64,000 nt of DNA from Ancylonema sp. (GCA_050230475.1 JBFLGF010000166.1:1-64000); one strand, 5' to 3'; shown: positions 32,329 through 45,900, counted from the stretch's first letter. Notes: generated by a model from the sequence alone, not told the origin. Program-made: numbers and translations.

Positions 32329-35051
32329 TCACGGCATTTTCACAGCTGTTTCCCTCCTATTTATGCCGTATTGCGTGATCCCCTTGTCGTTTATGTACAC
32401 ATCTCTCCAGACCGCTGACTCCTCCGGTAAAGGCGACTCTTGTGCCCGCCTTGACTCCTCCTCCACCGCACCTCGTACTTCCTTCTCGATGGCTTTTAAT
32501 TCCTCCTCACTTGCCACATTATTCTGCACGTATCAAAGAATGCTTGTTTGAGATCCTGTTGTGATTTCATCAAATACACATTACTCCATGGATACTTTCA
32601 TGATCGTGTCAGTGGCATGTTGACACGCCAAACAACATTCATGTTCTTTCTCAATAACACTCGGCTTCTCCTATCGGTCCTACTAAATGATGAGTGCTTT
32701 TATGGTACCCTTGTGATAACTTAAGATGAGCTGAGATGAGATGACTCACTTCCACCATCAGCTGCTTCACTCGAGTGATGCAGTCTCTTGAGTGCCGCAC
32801 ATCTTGAACCTCGGATCGATCCCTGTAGCTCTTTCCCGGATCTGACATGCTATGGCCATGATATCGGTAGGTGTCCATCTCCATAACTATAGGGCCCTGT
32901 ACAACCACAAGAGGAGAGAAAACCACCAAGCATTAGGCATTTGCAACCCTGGTACAACCAAATATTACTCCCGACAACCATTGCCTGCTCCAGACAACCA
33001 TTGTGACTAGCGCTAGCGCTAGATGTCACTAGCGCTTCTGATTCAGCTGTCTATACTTTGCAAAACAAACAAGCAACCAACCAACCAGGGTGGTGCCACC
33101 TTACAGTATTGATTGCGTAGTCTTTGGCGAAGAGGGTGGCTTGCTTCACCGCCAAAACATCCATACCGTCCACCTTCATCCCTGGGATGTACTTGACACG
33201 ATCGAAGAACGTCGGCTGGGCAGATGCACGGCTTTCTGAAGTACCCATTCCGTACTGCATCCGTACGCATGAAACTTTGTGAGGACGGCGTACATAAAAA
33301 AAGCATTTAAAGCTGCTATCTGCCCCTTCATACAGGTTGACAGAAGCATTTCATATGTATTATAACCCGGCAAAAGAAGTAGACAAGACTTGTAACATGG
33401 GTACCTTCAGATTGATGTCGTACTCTGTTTATACATATGCCTTCATAAGTTATCCATAGTATGTACCCCACGTCACCGTCAGCCTATGGCAAAAAAACTT
33501 ACGTGATTATTCTCGACCAAATAGATGACAGGAAGCTTCCAAAGCGCGGCCATGTTGAATGCCTCATACACTTGACCCTGATTCGCTGACCCATCGCCAT
33601 ATATGGCCACAGTGACGTTGCCCTTCTTCTCAAGTTTCTGTCCGAGCGCAAGCCCTGTTCCAAGTGGCGGCGAAGTCCCTACGATTCCCCATCCGCCATA
33701 GAAATTATTCTTTCTGTTGTACAGGTGCATGGAACCCCCCTTCCCCCCCGCAGGCCCGGGGGCACGGCCCATGAGCTCACAAAACACCTCCTGTAGGAAC
33801 CAACCGACCCCGTGGTAGAACATGAGGGACAATATAGGGGTCACTGAGACATCGATCCCTCTCAAAGGCACTCGAAATCGCCGTATCCCTACTGCATGCC
33901 ACCATGGCAGCGGCTTCAAGGGTGATCATCGTAGCTCTTTTGCGAGGAGAAGTGATGAAAACTCACAAATGGAGTGCCTCCTCTTCCAATGTAAGTGCCA
34001 TGGTCTCTGTAGGCCGTGATGACAGAGTCGTTGAAGGTAAGAGCCGCCTCCATCCCGACAGCTACAGCCTCTTGACCGTCGTACAAATGACAGAAACCTC
34101 GACCTTGTTGCTGCTTAAACAGCTGAAAAACAAGTACACCGAATGGTATTCAGATTTGTGTATTTTCTACCAGTAAGTATAAGGATACCGCAACAAGATG
34201 GTAACATGTTGTTTCATTACGGCACACATCTACGGCGAATTCATACGGAACTCTATTAAAAAGCGCGAGATGATGAAACTGTAGATTCCAAACTGGCTTT
34301 CATGAAGAGCTAACCTGCTCCAGGAAGCTAAATACATTTTTAAAATTCTGAATTTCAACAGTACTCATGTCTCATGATACAAAAATAAATTGAGTGGCTA
34401 TAACATCCCCATACTGCCGTACGTTTTATGGCCAGTGGTTCTCCCGAGTTCCTGATATGTTGCTATCCAGGCTCAGCGTGCGGATCACAGAACACATGAA
34501 CACAGAGAGGGTCTCAAACATAGCCATACCTTGTCTGCAGTTATTTCCATTCTTCGGATGGCGTTCATTGTTCGGAACATCCGCATCAGCTCGTGCGAGT
34601 CTGTTTCAACTTCCATTCCAGGAGTGGAGTCCAGGTTGTGCGTCTCAAATGGCGTCAACATTTCGGTCTTGATGACCCTCTTGGGCTCGCCTGAGCCTCC
34701 TGAAGCGAAACATCGGTGGCCAACGAAACCGATACTCTGTGACATACTGCGGGGCGCCTGCCTATAGGAAAGGATTCCTGCCTGCAGCAGTTTGTCATTC
34801 TCCTTGGTTAGTGACACGCCTCCAAGATTGCAAGGGTTTCCTTCGTTCACCACAAGATTTAAAGTGCGCTGCTTTCCCCCTTCAGCACAGTACCAACTCC
34901 ATTCTCTAACGAATGGCGGTTTAACCGTACATGGGCAGCCAGAACAGCTGAGATCAGTCTGCTGAAGCCGAGTTGCACTAACATCTCTGCTCAACACTGT
35001 GCGTGCTCGTCGTAAAAGCAGACCCCAATTGTGCATTCTCGTAGCTGTCAT
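32329..35051 (-). CDS. PDHA1: Mitochondrial pyruvate dehydrogenase E1 alpha subunit, multi-exon
   Basis: [49 protein letters not shown] (TPP motif), YGMGTS and [13 protein letters not shown]; Arg-rich N-terminal presequence. Confidence 0.95.
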
Positions 35052-35842
35052 TTTTCTCCTCTTTCTTATCAGAGCTACTGCTGACTCCACAGAAGCAGCA
35101 CCTCGCTTCCAATCAGGTACACTAGCAGCAGGTATTTCGGGGTAGACACCAGCAAAGTTGTCAGTAGCACGACCGCGGACACAGAACTGAACAAGGCGAT
35201 ATTACCCAGGCTTTTGGCATGCGACACACTACGAAGCTTTTTTTAATTGCTTCGTCCGTCCAACATGGTTCATCGGTGAGTGCACGCTATCTTCTCCTGT
35301 AACTTAGGTCAGGGTATCCGGAGCCGCTGATCTCGAACGTCATTGATTTCCTGTAGTGTTCCTGATACTGCAAAAGTTCTGCAAACGGAGCTCTACAGCA
35401 AAACACCGTTTATGCTTACGTATACGTTTGCTTGCGTTTACCAAATGCGAAGTAGAGATGCTAACGTGCAGCACGTGGCAGTACAGCCCACATGTTGAGG
35501 ATGCCGAAGGCAACGAGTGGTTCAGGAACTTCCAGCTCACCAAAAATATCCGTGCGCACTGCTTCAGAAGACGGAAGTTTGAGTTACACGTGTGCAACTC
35601 AGTTTGAAAACGGGCCAGAGCGTGCCGCTTGGCACTGGCGGCGCGAGCAGTCTGATCCGTGAACGCAGCGGATGTGGCGGAGATTTAGAGGCGCGATCTC
35701 CGCTCCCCATGATCGCAAATTTGCGCTGGTGAAATCGCTACGAAATTGTTGTGTTACCCCCACCAAAAAAAAAAAAAAATGATGTACAAAATTTGGACAT
35801 GTGGAAATTTGTGGGTGGAGGAAGACCATTCTGGAAAATAAT

Positions 35843-36021
35843 CTGGCAAATCTTCTTTTCCATCTATCGTAGTGCGCGGTCTTCATTATTGAAATCTAAA
35901 ATATATCATAAAAATAAATAAATAAAAGGTAAAAAAAAGAAATCGTTAACCACACCCGTTTTCGGAATCATCAACGGGTCACCTACATTTGACTGTATAT
36001 GTGATTAAACGGGGCTACACG
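35843..36021 (+). repeat. Dispersed direct repeat, copy 1
   Basis: Closely similar to 55043-55217 (GTAGTGCGCG.TCTTCATTATTGAAAT ... CCACACCCGTTTTCGGAATCATCAACGGG ... GTGATTAAACGGGGCTACACG). Confidence 0.85.
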
Positions 36022-37464
36022 TCATGGTGTTGCATTGGCATGGGTCCTTATGTCGCCAACACATCTCTATGGGGTTCTCCGCTATCATGTCTTTGATGTT
36101 TAGTGGTCATTCGCATGTCACGTATGCCATCCACCACGGTGTTTCACAAAGAGGGCACCCGGGTTCTTAAGCATGTTCTGCTGGTGACATTACGCGCTTT
36201 TTGTTGACCACTCCCCCCATGTGTTGTCTAGTAGGTTTACCTTGGTTTCGATCTCCTTGAATAGCAATATGCAAGCCGCCCTAGTTATTGTAGTCTCCAT
36301 ACGGCGCTCTCCTAAGTATCCTTCCATTGCTGTTATGTAGAGGTAGGCCTCTACTGGAATTGTGCCAGGATGAAGTAGGGTGGCGTACCAGCGAGATGAT
36401 GATGCTCCCATCGGAAACCAGTCTGGAGTAGCGAAGTTGACTACTTCACCTAGATTGTAGCCTGTGCTGAACCCGGAATGATACGACCTCGGGAATGTGA
36501 TGATGTATTCCACGGGACGTTGTATTGCTATGTACACTGGCACGCTAGTATCTACTAATGTAACCGGGGAAAACATGATATTTTTGCTCATAAGCCAGCT
36601 GATTGTTTCCGCCCAACTCAATCCCCCGAGGACACTCTCCTTTGAAACCTCCTCGAATGCGGTGGCGGAGCTCGCTGGTACCCCGTACGAATGCTTGGGG
36701 GCTCCGGCGTGGTGGTAGTTTATACTGGGAGGTAGTGGTCATCGGTGTGCCAATAGAAGGTGCTGAATGTCCCCCCGATGTATGGCCTGGATGTATCGAC
36801 CCCGGGAATGTGATTTCCCAATTAAGTCTTTGTATCTCAGGGGAGTGATCCATTCAGTAGTGGTAGATCCTGTTGGGGAATTGTAGTGATGGATAGAATT
36901 TGTCATTGACTGAAATTTGGGTGTATATTAAACATATACTTCGAGTGTTGGGATCATTGCGACACCTTTTGTAACTAAGTTACAGTGTATGGGGTTCACC
37001 CATACATACATACAAACATAAATACATACATACATACATGTGTGGCCATACATATAGACAAACATATAACATATCTTCATGCTATCATATTTACATACAT
37101 ACATGCCTACATATCAATATACGTTTTTGTACACGTATGTATATACATACGGTAAACCTCAAGGTTATACATATATACACATAAATATTAATTCGAATAT
37201 TAATAATATTCTTTTTTTTATATATAATATCTTAAAGGCCAAAAGACATGGGTCCGGTTAGATACCTCTACCCCAATCCTATTCAGACTAGAATCCTCCA
37301 CTCCAGGTAATGCAATTCTTTTCAAGTTACCTTTGTAATTATCCGACGCATCCTTAAAAATATTATGGGTTGAAAGTTTTCGATACACCGTGTCTTTTGG
37401 TCCTTCGGTATCTTTCAACCCATCCGCAAGCACCTTGTTAAAACTCGTTGTTTTCAATGGTGAG
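36020..37464 (-). pseudogene. JmjC-C5HC2 histone demethylase (JMJ13/JMJ706-like), partial inverted copy
   Basis: FYWHTDDHY, INYHHAGAPKHSYGVP, QRPVEYIITFPRSYHSGFSTGYNLGEVVNFATPDWFP and CPLCET; one retained intron; stops and frameshifts. Confidence 0.85.
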
Positions 37465-38840
37465 GTCCAATCATCCGCCCCTTCCTGTCGGGTTTCATAG
37501 AAGGCGGTTCATCGAATAGAAGCCGACCATGGTCACCGAAATCAGCATCAGATAGGGTGTAGTCCGCGGGTAAATTCATCACTTTGCATTTTCGAGTAGC
37601 ACAAAAAAACAACAAAAACAACAAAAAGAGTTCCATAAAATATGATCAAAAGAGAGTCAAAACAAGACCGAGGTGAAAAATATACACCCAAAAGCATGGG
37701 ACACGAAATACCGGAATTTTCGTCGCAGCTTCCACTGGAGGCGCCTTCCCGGTTGCTTCCATTTCTCCGCCCGCGAATTTCTGATCTCGCTGACAACACC
37801 GGTTTTCCACGTGACCCGTCTTGTCACAGATCCCGCACTGGACCGTACACTGAAGTTTGAGGTGGTCTCGCAGACGAAACATTTCTTGATTGGTCGCCCG
37901 CCATTTCCGCCGTTTCGACTTCCTCCACGTTCGCTTCCGCTACCGCCACGTGTAATTATTCAACCGATCATCGCTTTGTTACTGGTCCTCTCGTCGCTGT
38001 CATCCCCGTCATGCGTCCCTTTCTGCAACTCGATGCGATCCGTGATCACCTCCATGGCGAGGAGTGCTTCGTCAAGCGACGGGGCTTGGGCACGTGTCTG
38101 AATTAACTCGCAGTACTGCTTCAGGGCCTTCGTCGGGAAAATACAGAGCAATTTCTCCTCCGCCGTCAAGGTCGCTCCCGCTGTGGCACAATCTGACAGG
38201 CGCTCCCGGTACCGCTTCTGCATCCTCACAAACGACTCGCCCTCCGCATTCGAAATGCCTTGAAATTTGACATTTGAAATTTTCGCAAAGCCATTTCCTT
38301 CTGCCCACGCGACGTCGTCGCATGCTCATTCTGCAGCCGGGCCCACATCGCATGCGGAGTCATCGTTCACAATATCTTTATTATTTTTTTAACACCTGAA
38401 CAGATTCCTCCGCGGCCGCTACGATTGCTCCATTCGTGCTCGTGGGTGGTGGAACGGTTGGAGCGACCGCCGTACCATCAACAATTCCCCACACGCCTTT
38501 CTCGGCCAACAATTCTTGCATGTATGCCGCCCATACGACATAATTGCCCTTCCTCAAAACAACATTGCGACCAACCTGGTTCGCTCTGATACCACTGTAA
38601 GACCTCTTGTCCTCCTCATCCGACATCTTCGGTGCACTTCTGCAATTGACTCAATATTCTTCACAATTGCAAAACCATTGCACCAACCATAATTTGTCGG
38701 AATTAATAAAATAGTGTGCCAATCCGTAGCTAAGTACAAAAGAGATTGCGGCGCTTCATCTTTGTCTACAAGCTACGGAACCTTCCTAGAACGTGTTACA
38801 AAACACGTCAAATTTTTTATTATATTTCCTTTAGCTAACA
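37465..38840 (-). mobile_element. Ty1/Copia 5' fragment: LTR end, PBS and degenerate gag (outer LTR boundary uncertain)
   Basis: CA|G-TGGTATCAGAGC Met-tRNA PBS; gag N-terminus LRKGNYVVWAAYMQELLAEKGVWGIVDG (38381-38626); zinc knuckle CGICDKTGHVENRC (~37795-37840). No recognisable pol. Confidence 0.8.
38583..38594 (-). promoter_or_regulatory. tRNA-iMet primer binding site
   Basis: TGGTATCAGAGC one base after a ...TTACA LTR end. Confidence 0.9.
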
Positions 38841-39145
38841 AATAAGCGGACCGCAATCCGCCACGTTATCACATAAAATCACATGCGGCCGGCTACACAC
38901 TCAAATATCCAATTAGTGCGTACCACGTCAAATGCCTTGTGGTACACACGCGCTACCACACTTAAACGCGTGTTCCGCACGTTCCGCACACTCACGCCAC
39001 GTCACATTCTATCATTTTGACGCCTACAAAATATCCCAAAAGAAACTCCCACCAACAATGAGATCATTAACCAACATAAACTATTTGATCTCATGTCAAA
39101 ACAACAATCCTAGGGCAATCTCACTCTATAAGCACATTTCTACCC

Positions 39146-39982
39146 TTGATATTAGAACATGCGCTAGAGGAGCACTACCCTATTGGCACAATGTGCCAAC
39201 ACTCACCATTGACAACAACGAGTTTTAACAAGGTGCTTGCGGATGGGTTGAAAGATACCAAAGGACCAAAAGACACGGTGTATCGAAAACTTTCAACCCA
39301 TGAGATTGTTAAGGATGTTTCGGATAATTACAAAGGTAACTTGAAAAGAATTGTATTACCTCGAGTGGAGGATTTTAGTCTGAATAGGATCGGGGTAGAG
39401 GTATTTAACCGGACCCATGTCTTTCGGCCTCTAAGATATTATATTAAAAAAAGAGAATATTATTAATAGTCGAATCAATAGTTATGTGTATATATGTGTA
39501 ACCTTGAGGTTTACCGTATGTATATACATAAGTGTACAAAAACGTAGGTTGGTATGTAGGCATGTATGTATGTAAGTATGAGAGTATAAAGATATGTTAC
39601 ATGATTGCCTATATGTATGGCCACACATGTATGTATGTATGTATATATGTTTGTATGTATGTATGGGTGAACCCCATACACTATAACTTAGTTGTTCGCT
39701 TGCATCATTGCCAAAAAAAAGGTGTCGCAATGAACCCAACACTCGAAGTATATGTTTAATATACACCCAAATTTCAGTCAATGACAAATTCTATACATCA
39801 CTACAATTTTCCAACAGGATCTACCACTACTGGATGGATCACTCCCCTGAGATACAAAGACCCAATTGGGAAATCACATTCCCGGGGTCGATACACCCAT
39901 GCTATACATTGAGGGGACATTAAACACCTTCTATTGGCACACCGAGGACCACTACCTCCCCGGTATAAACTACCACCACGCA
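39146..39982 (+). pseudogene. JmjC demethylase, right copy, 5' half (split by Ty3 insertion)
   Basis: Inverted homolog of 36713-37464; GT-AG intron at ~39401-39817; PGVDTPMLYI..FYWHTEDHYLPGINYHH. Confidence 0.85.
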
Positions 39983-40435
39983 TGTTAGGGGCGGATGCAA
40001 AAGACGTCCCTAGCAAGCTAGTCGCAATGTGCACACATGCAAAAGGATGGCGAAATGCCGGATAGGACAAGATGGCGTGAGCCGAGTGAAATGGTGGTGG
40101 TGTAAATCTGAGTGCAAGTACATGAGTTGATAGGAATGCTCTAAAGGCATTCCTATGGACTACATATAGGAAACTGGCTCAAGTCTGAATCAAGACCACA
40201 AGTGGGATAACTCACTCTGAATACGGTAAGGACACATCAAGTCTGGCTAACGGCACAACTGCCTGAGCTAAAGACACCTCAGAATACTCCCTAGGGGCCA
40301 GGCGGCCGCTAGGGACACAACTCTCACTATATAGGGACAGAACTCGCTATAGGGAAAAGTGAGCTAGTAGCGCTCTAGCGTTAAGTGTGGAGACCTCGCT
40401 AGGGAGCCCTAGTGACTGTAGCGAGGCTCCTAATA
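39983..40435 (-). repeat. 3' LTR of element A
   Basis: About 450-bp homolog of the other three LTRs, adjacent to the PPT. Confidence 0.95.
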
Positions 40436-40446
40436 GTACCCCCCCC

Positions 40447-42479
40447 TCAAGGCGCGGAACGCGAAGAGGGAGGCGGTAAAGGCCGATCGGGAAATGTGGC
40501 ATGGAAATCCGCGATCGCGTCAGCTGCATTGCCCATGTTGCCGGCAGGTTCCCAAGAGCGCTCAGATTCATCGAACCCGACCCAATCCACGTAGTAAAAG
40601 ATCTTGTCACGTACGATCTTGGAATCGAGGACCGTGGCCACCTCATGCTCAGGCTCGCCGTCCACCACGACCGGAGGAGGAGGCGCCACGACACGGCCTG
40701 AGAACGTATTGGCATTGTGTGGCTCGAAGAGGCTGACGTGGAAGACGGGATGGATTTTGACGGAGGACGGCAGCTCCAAACGGTAAGCCGATGTCCCGAT
40801 CTGGCCAATCACCGGGAGCCCGACGGACATCGACATCCAATTTTGACGAAGGACGGGTGGAGCCGACGTGGCGTCGTAAGAGCCAAACTTTCTGGCCTGT
40901 GACGAGAATCGGGGCAAATTTTCGTTTGCGATTGGCAAACGTCTCCATGGCGCGCTGAGATTGGCGGAGCGCCGCCTGGATGACATCGTTAGCGTCATGG
41001 ATATTTTTGACGAAATCGTCAGCCGCAGGGGGGGAATCGGGGGTGGGGGGAAACAGCGACATTCGCGGGTGAAACCCGTAGTTGGCGAAGAACGGGGAGA
41101 GGGTGGTGGCGGAATGTTTTGAGTTGTTATAAGCAAACTCCGCCATTGGCAAAAGCCTCGCCCAATTAGAGTGCTGGTAGTCGATGTAAATACGCAGGTA
41201 GTGCTCCAAGACTGAGTTGAGGCGCTCCGTCTGGCCATCCGTCTGCGGGTGGAAAGCAGTAGAGCGGTTGGCATGGATGCCCAGCAACTCCAGCAGCCGA
41301 CGCCAAAAATGGCGAGTGAAGATGGGATCGCGGTCGCTGATGAGGCTAGACGGCAACCCGTGCAGGCGCACCACCTGCTGGAGAAACACTGCAGCGACCT
41401 CAGGTGCCGCCATGGATTTGGTGGTTGGAATGAAGTGCGCCTATTTTGTGAGCCGGTCCACCACCACTAGTATAGCATCGTGGTAGTCGCTAGTAGGGAG
41501 GTCGGTAATCCAGTCGAGGGACACGCTAGACCAGGGCTGCTCAGGGATAGGTAGGGGGGATAGGAGGCCATATGGCGCGTGGCGCACCGGCTTGTTCCGG
41601 GCGTAGACGTCGCATGTGCGCACGTAGTCTTCCACCGCCTTAGACAGCCCCGGCTAGTAAAAATACTGGGCCAGCAGCGCGTGCGTCCGTGCTGTCCCGA
41701 AGTGGCCTGCCATGGGCGCATCGTGGTACTGCTTTAGAATTTCGAGTATGAGGAGAGCAGCAGTAGGGGGAATTGCCAGGCGCCCGCTGCGGTAAAGTAG
41801 GCCCTCACGGAGTGTGTAGAGGGATTGACCTGCTTGAGGGTGGTCTCAGGTTTGATTCCTGTGAGCAAGTATGTTTAGTATGTCCGTAGCAATAGCCTGG
41901 AGAGCGGGGTCCGCCAGCTCAGCCTCCTTGACAGTAGGTAGGAGTGGGTCAGACGGGGAGAGGAGGATAGCTGCAGCGCGTAGTGGGGGAATAGGCAAAA
42001 GAGCTGCATGGGGAATGATAGGGTGGGGGGATTGGTCTGGCGGCAAGTAGTCAGGCTTGCGGGAGAGGGCGTCTGGCTTGCCATGGCTGGACCCCTTCCT
42101 GTAGACGATGGAGAAATCGTAGGCCGCCAGCGTCTCGGCCCACCGTGCATGCCTCCTAGAGGTCGTCCTCGCAGCCTGGAAGTACTCGAGGTTCTTATGA
42201 TCCGTGTAGACCACGATAAGATGCGCCGCACCTTCCAGGTAGACCCGCCATTGGCGGAAGGCAGCCACTATCGCCAGCAACTCCTTGTCATAGATAGGGA
42301 AGTTCAATTCCGCCGCGCAGAACTTCCGCGAGTAGTAGGCGAGGGGGTGGAGCTCGCCTGCCTCGTCCGTCTGGGAGAGGACACAGCCCAGACCGAAGTC
42401 AAAAGCATCTGCTTCAATGGTAAGGGGGGGGGATGGCTGGAAGTGTCGCAAGTTAGGCGCGGTGGTGAATGCCTCTTTG
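40447..42479 (-). pseudogene. Element A pol 3' part: RNase H, integrase, chromodomain
   Basis: IEADAFDFGLG, YDKELLAI, VYTDHKNL, ISDRDP, HPQTDGQTER, IHPVFHVSL and EHEVATVLDSK..YYVDWVGFDESERSWEP. Confidence 0.92.
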
Positions 42480-42933
42480 TGTTAGGACCCTCGCTACAGT
42501 CACTAGGGCTCCTTAGCGAGGTCCCCACACTTAGCGCTAGAGCGCTACTAGCTCAGTGTTCCCTATAGCGAGGTCTGTCCCTATATAGTGGGAGTTGTGT
42601 CCCTAGCGGCCGCCTGGCCCCTAGGGAGTATTCTGATGTGTCCTTAGCTCAGGAAGTTGTGCCGTTAGCCAGGATGTGTCCTTATATCCCACTTGTAGTC
42701 TTGATTCAGACTTTATATAGCCAATTTACTATATCCAGTTTCCTATATATAGTCCATAGGAATGCCTTTCCTTAGAGCATTCCTATCAACTCATGTACTT
42801 GCACTCCGATTTATACCACCACCATTTCACTCGGCTGACGCCATCTTTCCCTATCCGGCATTTCGCCATCCTTTTGCTTATGTGCATACTGCGACTAGCT
42901 TGCTAGGGACGTCTTTTGCATCCGTCCCTAACA
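42480..42933 (+). repeat. 5' LTR of element B
   Basis: TGTTAGG...CCTAACA; TATA-like TATATATAG at ~42744. Confidence 0.95.
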
Positions 42934-45900
42934 CTTTGATAGGAACTTTTTTTGAAGTTTTTTTTTAGAATATTCTGAAATTGAACTTCATTCAGCCGCC
43001 TTCTTTTTCATCTTACACCCATCCCACCATGTCTTCTCCCAATTTAGACGAAGTCATGGAAGTCTTACGCCAGATGCAACATTCAAGATGAAAAATTCAG
43101 AGTTTTGGCGGATGAAAACAGGGAGATTAAAGGGATTAAAGGCAAATTTACAGAGCTTTCGCAGTTTGCTTATGAAACTAATTACATGGCTTCTACAATC
43201 GATCCAGCCGCTCCAGAATCCCAGCCTATCTCTACTTTCCAAGACCTGGTTCCATCTCACCCTCCTAAGTTTGATGGTACATCCAAACATGTCACTACAT
43301 TCTGCAACCAGGTCCGCTCTATGCTCAGGTTGGCCCCTAAACGGTTCAGCAACCCGGTTCAAACCGTCCACTACGTGGCCAATCTACTTACTTACTGGAC
43401 CTGCCTATGAGTGGTTCTCTAACTACCTCGACGATAATGGGGACCTCCCGAACGGGTTTGGGGCAGTTCGGCTGCTGAAAGATCTCTAGGACTGTTTCGG
43501 GGAGGGCCTCACCAAAGAACGACACCAACGCGAGCTCAGACAAACGGGTTCAGTGTCAGACTTTACCGTCCAGTTCAGGGCAATTGTTAAGACTTCCCCC
43601 CCCTGGCCTGACCACCCCAGCATCTACACATTTTCTTTGAGAAGCTCAAACCTGAGCTCCGTCGAGAGATACTCAAGGTGCAGGATCCTCCTGAAACCTT
43701 CTCTGACTACGTTACCTTTGTCAAGAAGGTGGAGAATAATGGCTGCCATCAGTCTGGACCGACCCTCCAAACCTGCGTACATCCCCCCCTAGACCAGGTT
43801 GTGCTGATCAGTCTCCCCAGCAGGTCCCCTCTCACCTGCAGATCGTCCCCATGGACATCGATGAAACCCGCCGCCAAGTCCTAAAGGTGGAACTCAATGA
43901 GATGGCTCGCCGCGTGGCTGGTCACTTGTGCCACTACTCCGGCCTGCCAGGTCATGACGCCAAGACTTGTCCCAACAAGGGCAAGCCCCGCACCGTGCGC
44001 ATCTTGGATCTGCAGCCAAAAAACGACCACCCCACACAGTCCTAGGAGGGGTCTGTGCGGGTCCCCTTCCCCTACCCTCCCCCTTTCCCTATCCCCGCCA
44101 GCTCCTGCTGGCCTGCCAGTTACTACGGTATCCCCTCCCACCCATACCTGTCAGGGTTTTGATCGACTCCGGGGCATCCGGCAACTTCATCGATCCCCAA
44201 ATCCTGGCAGACTACAACCTCCCTACCCACCCCCATTCCTAGCCTATTTCGGTAGAGCTCATTGATGGCAGCCCTCCAGCTGCTGGCCCCATCACCTGCT
44301 ACTTCCCAGCCCAACTCAGATCCCCAGGCAACCACACAGAATCCATTAGTCACCCGACTGGCGCACTGCCGAGTCACGTGGGCGTCTTGGGCTTCCCTTG
44401 GCTGCACAAGCACAACCCCACCATCAACTGGCAGACGGGCACCCTGTCCCTCACCAGCCCCCAGTGTGCTGCTGAGTGCCTGCTCTCCAGTTCTATCCCC
44501 CCACCCCTTCCCCTTCCCGATCCCCAGCCTAAACTTGCATTTTTAGACGCTGTGCATATCCCCCTAGACCCCGCCCCGTTAGCCAAGCTCCCCCCGGAGT
44601 ATCACGACTTTGGAGACGTGTTCTCCGAGCAGGCTGCAAACACCCTTCCCCCCCCCAGGCCCTACGATTTGGAGATCCCCCTCCTGCCAAGCAAGGATTC
44701 CCCCCGGGGGCCGATATACTCCTTGTCAGAGCCGGAGCTGGCCACCCTCAAAACATTACATCATAGACAACTTGGCGAACGGCTTCATCCGGCCGTCCAC
44801 CCGCCCGGGCGGGGCTTCTGTTATGTTCAGTAAAAAACCTGATGGGAAGCTCAGGTTATGCGTGGACTACAGGCAGCTCAATGCAGTGACGGTGAAGAAC
44901 CGCTGCCCTCTACCCCTCATACCTGACCGCCTAAACTCCGCCACAATCTTCACCAAGATTGATCTACGCAATGCTTATCACCAGCTGCGACGCGTCAAGA
45001 AGGGGGATGAGTACATTACTGCTTTTCGCTGCCGCTACGGCCACTACGAGTACCAGGTCTGCCCTTTTGGGACTACCAATGCTCCTGCAGCTTTTCAATC
45101 TTTCATCAACGATGTGTTTCGGGAACACCTAGACGTCTTACTAGCGGGTCTACTCGACGACATGATCAGCTACTCCCCCTCCCTTGAAGAACATGTCTTC
45201 CTCGTCCGTGCTATCCTGGCACTCCTACGGGAGAACAAGCTATATGCTAAGCTAGAGAAGTGTCATTTCCACAGGGACACTATTGACTTCCTAGGCTACC
45301 GGGTATCCCCAGCCGGCGTGGGTATGGACCCCGAGGAAGTGGCATCTCTCTTTGGCTGGCCAACACCCCAGTCAGTCAAGGAGGTCCAGTCCTTTCTCGG
45401 CTTCGCTAACTTCTACAAACGTTTCATAAATGGGTACTCTACGGTGGCGTGCCCCCTTACCTCCTTGACTCGAAAGGGGGCAACATTCTGGTGGACGACT
45501 GAGGCGGAGGCGGCTTCCAATCCCTCAAGCTAGCCTTCACCTCAGCTCCAGTTCTACAACACTTCCAACCCCTGCAGCCACTTACCATCGAAGCAAACGC
45601 CTCAGACTTCGGCCTCGGCTGCGTCTTGTCGCAGCCAGACCCCGGGGGCGAGCTCCCACCCCGTCGCGTACTACTCCAAGAAGTTCATCCCGGCCGAGCT
45701 CAACTATCCTATCTACGATAAGGAGCTGCTCGCCATCGTGGCTGCCTTTCGCCAGTGGCGAGTATATGTGGAAGGCGCGGCCCACCCTATCGTCGTCTAC
45801 ACCGACCATAAGAACCTGGAATATTTCCAGGCCGCTCGCACTACATCCCGACGGCACACTCGGTGGGCCGAGACGCTGGCAGCCTACGACTTCACTATAG

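Noticed and set aside
44025..44063. Classical H-type pseudoknot after the slippery site
   Set aside because: The alternative pairing ACCCC/GGGGT plus CACAG/CTGTG gives atypical loop geometry; a simple stem-loop is more plausible.
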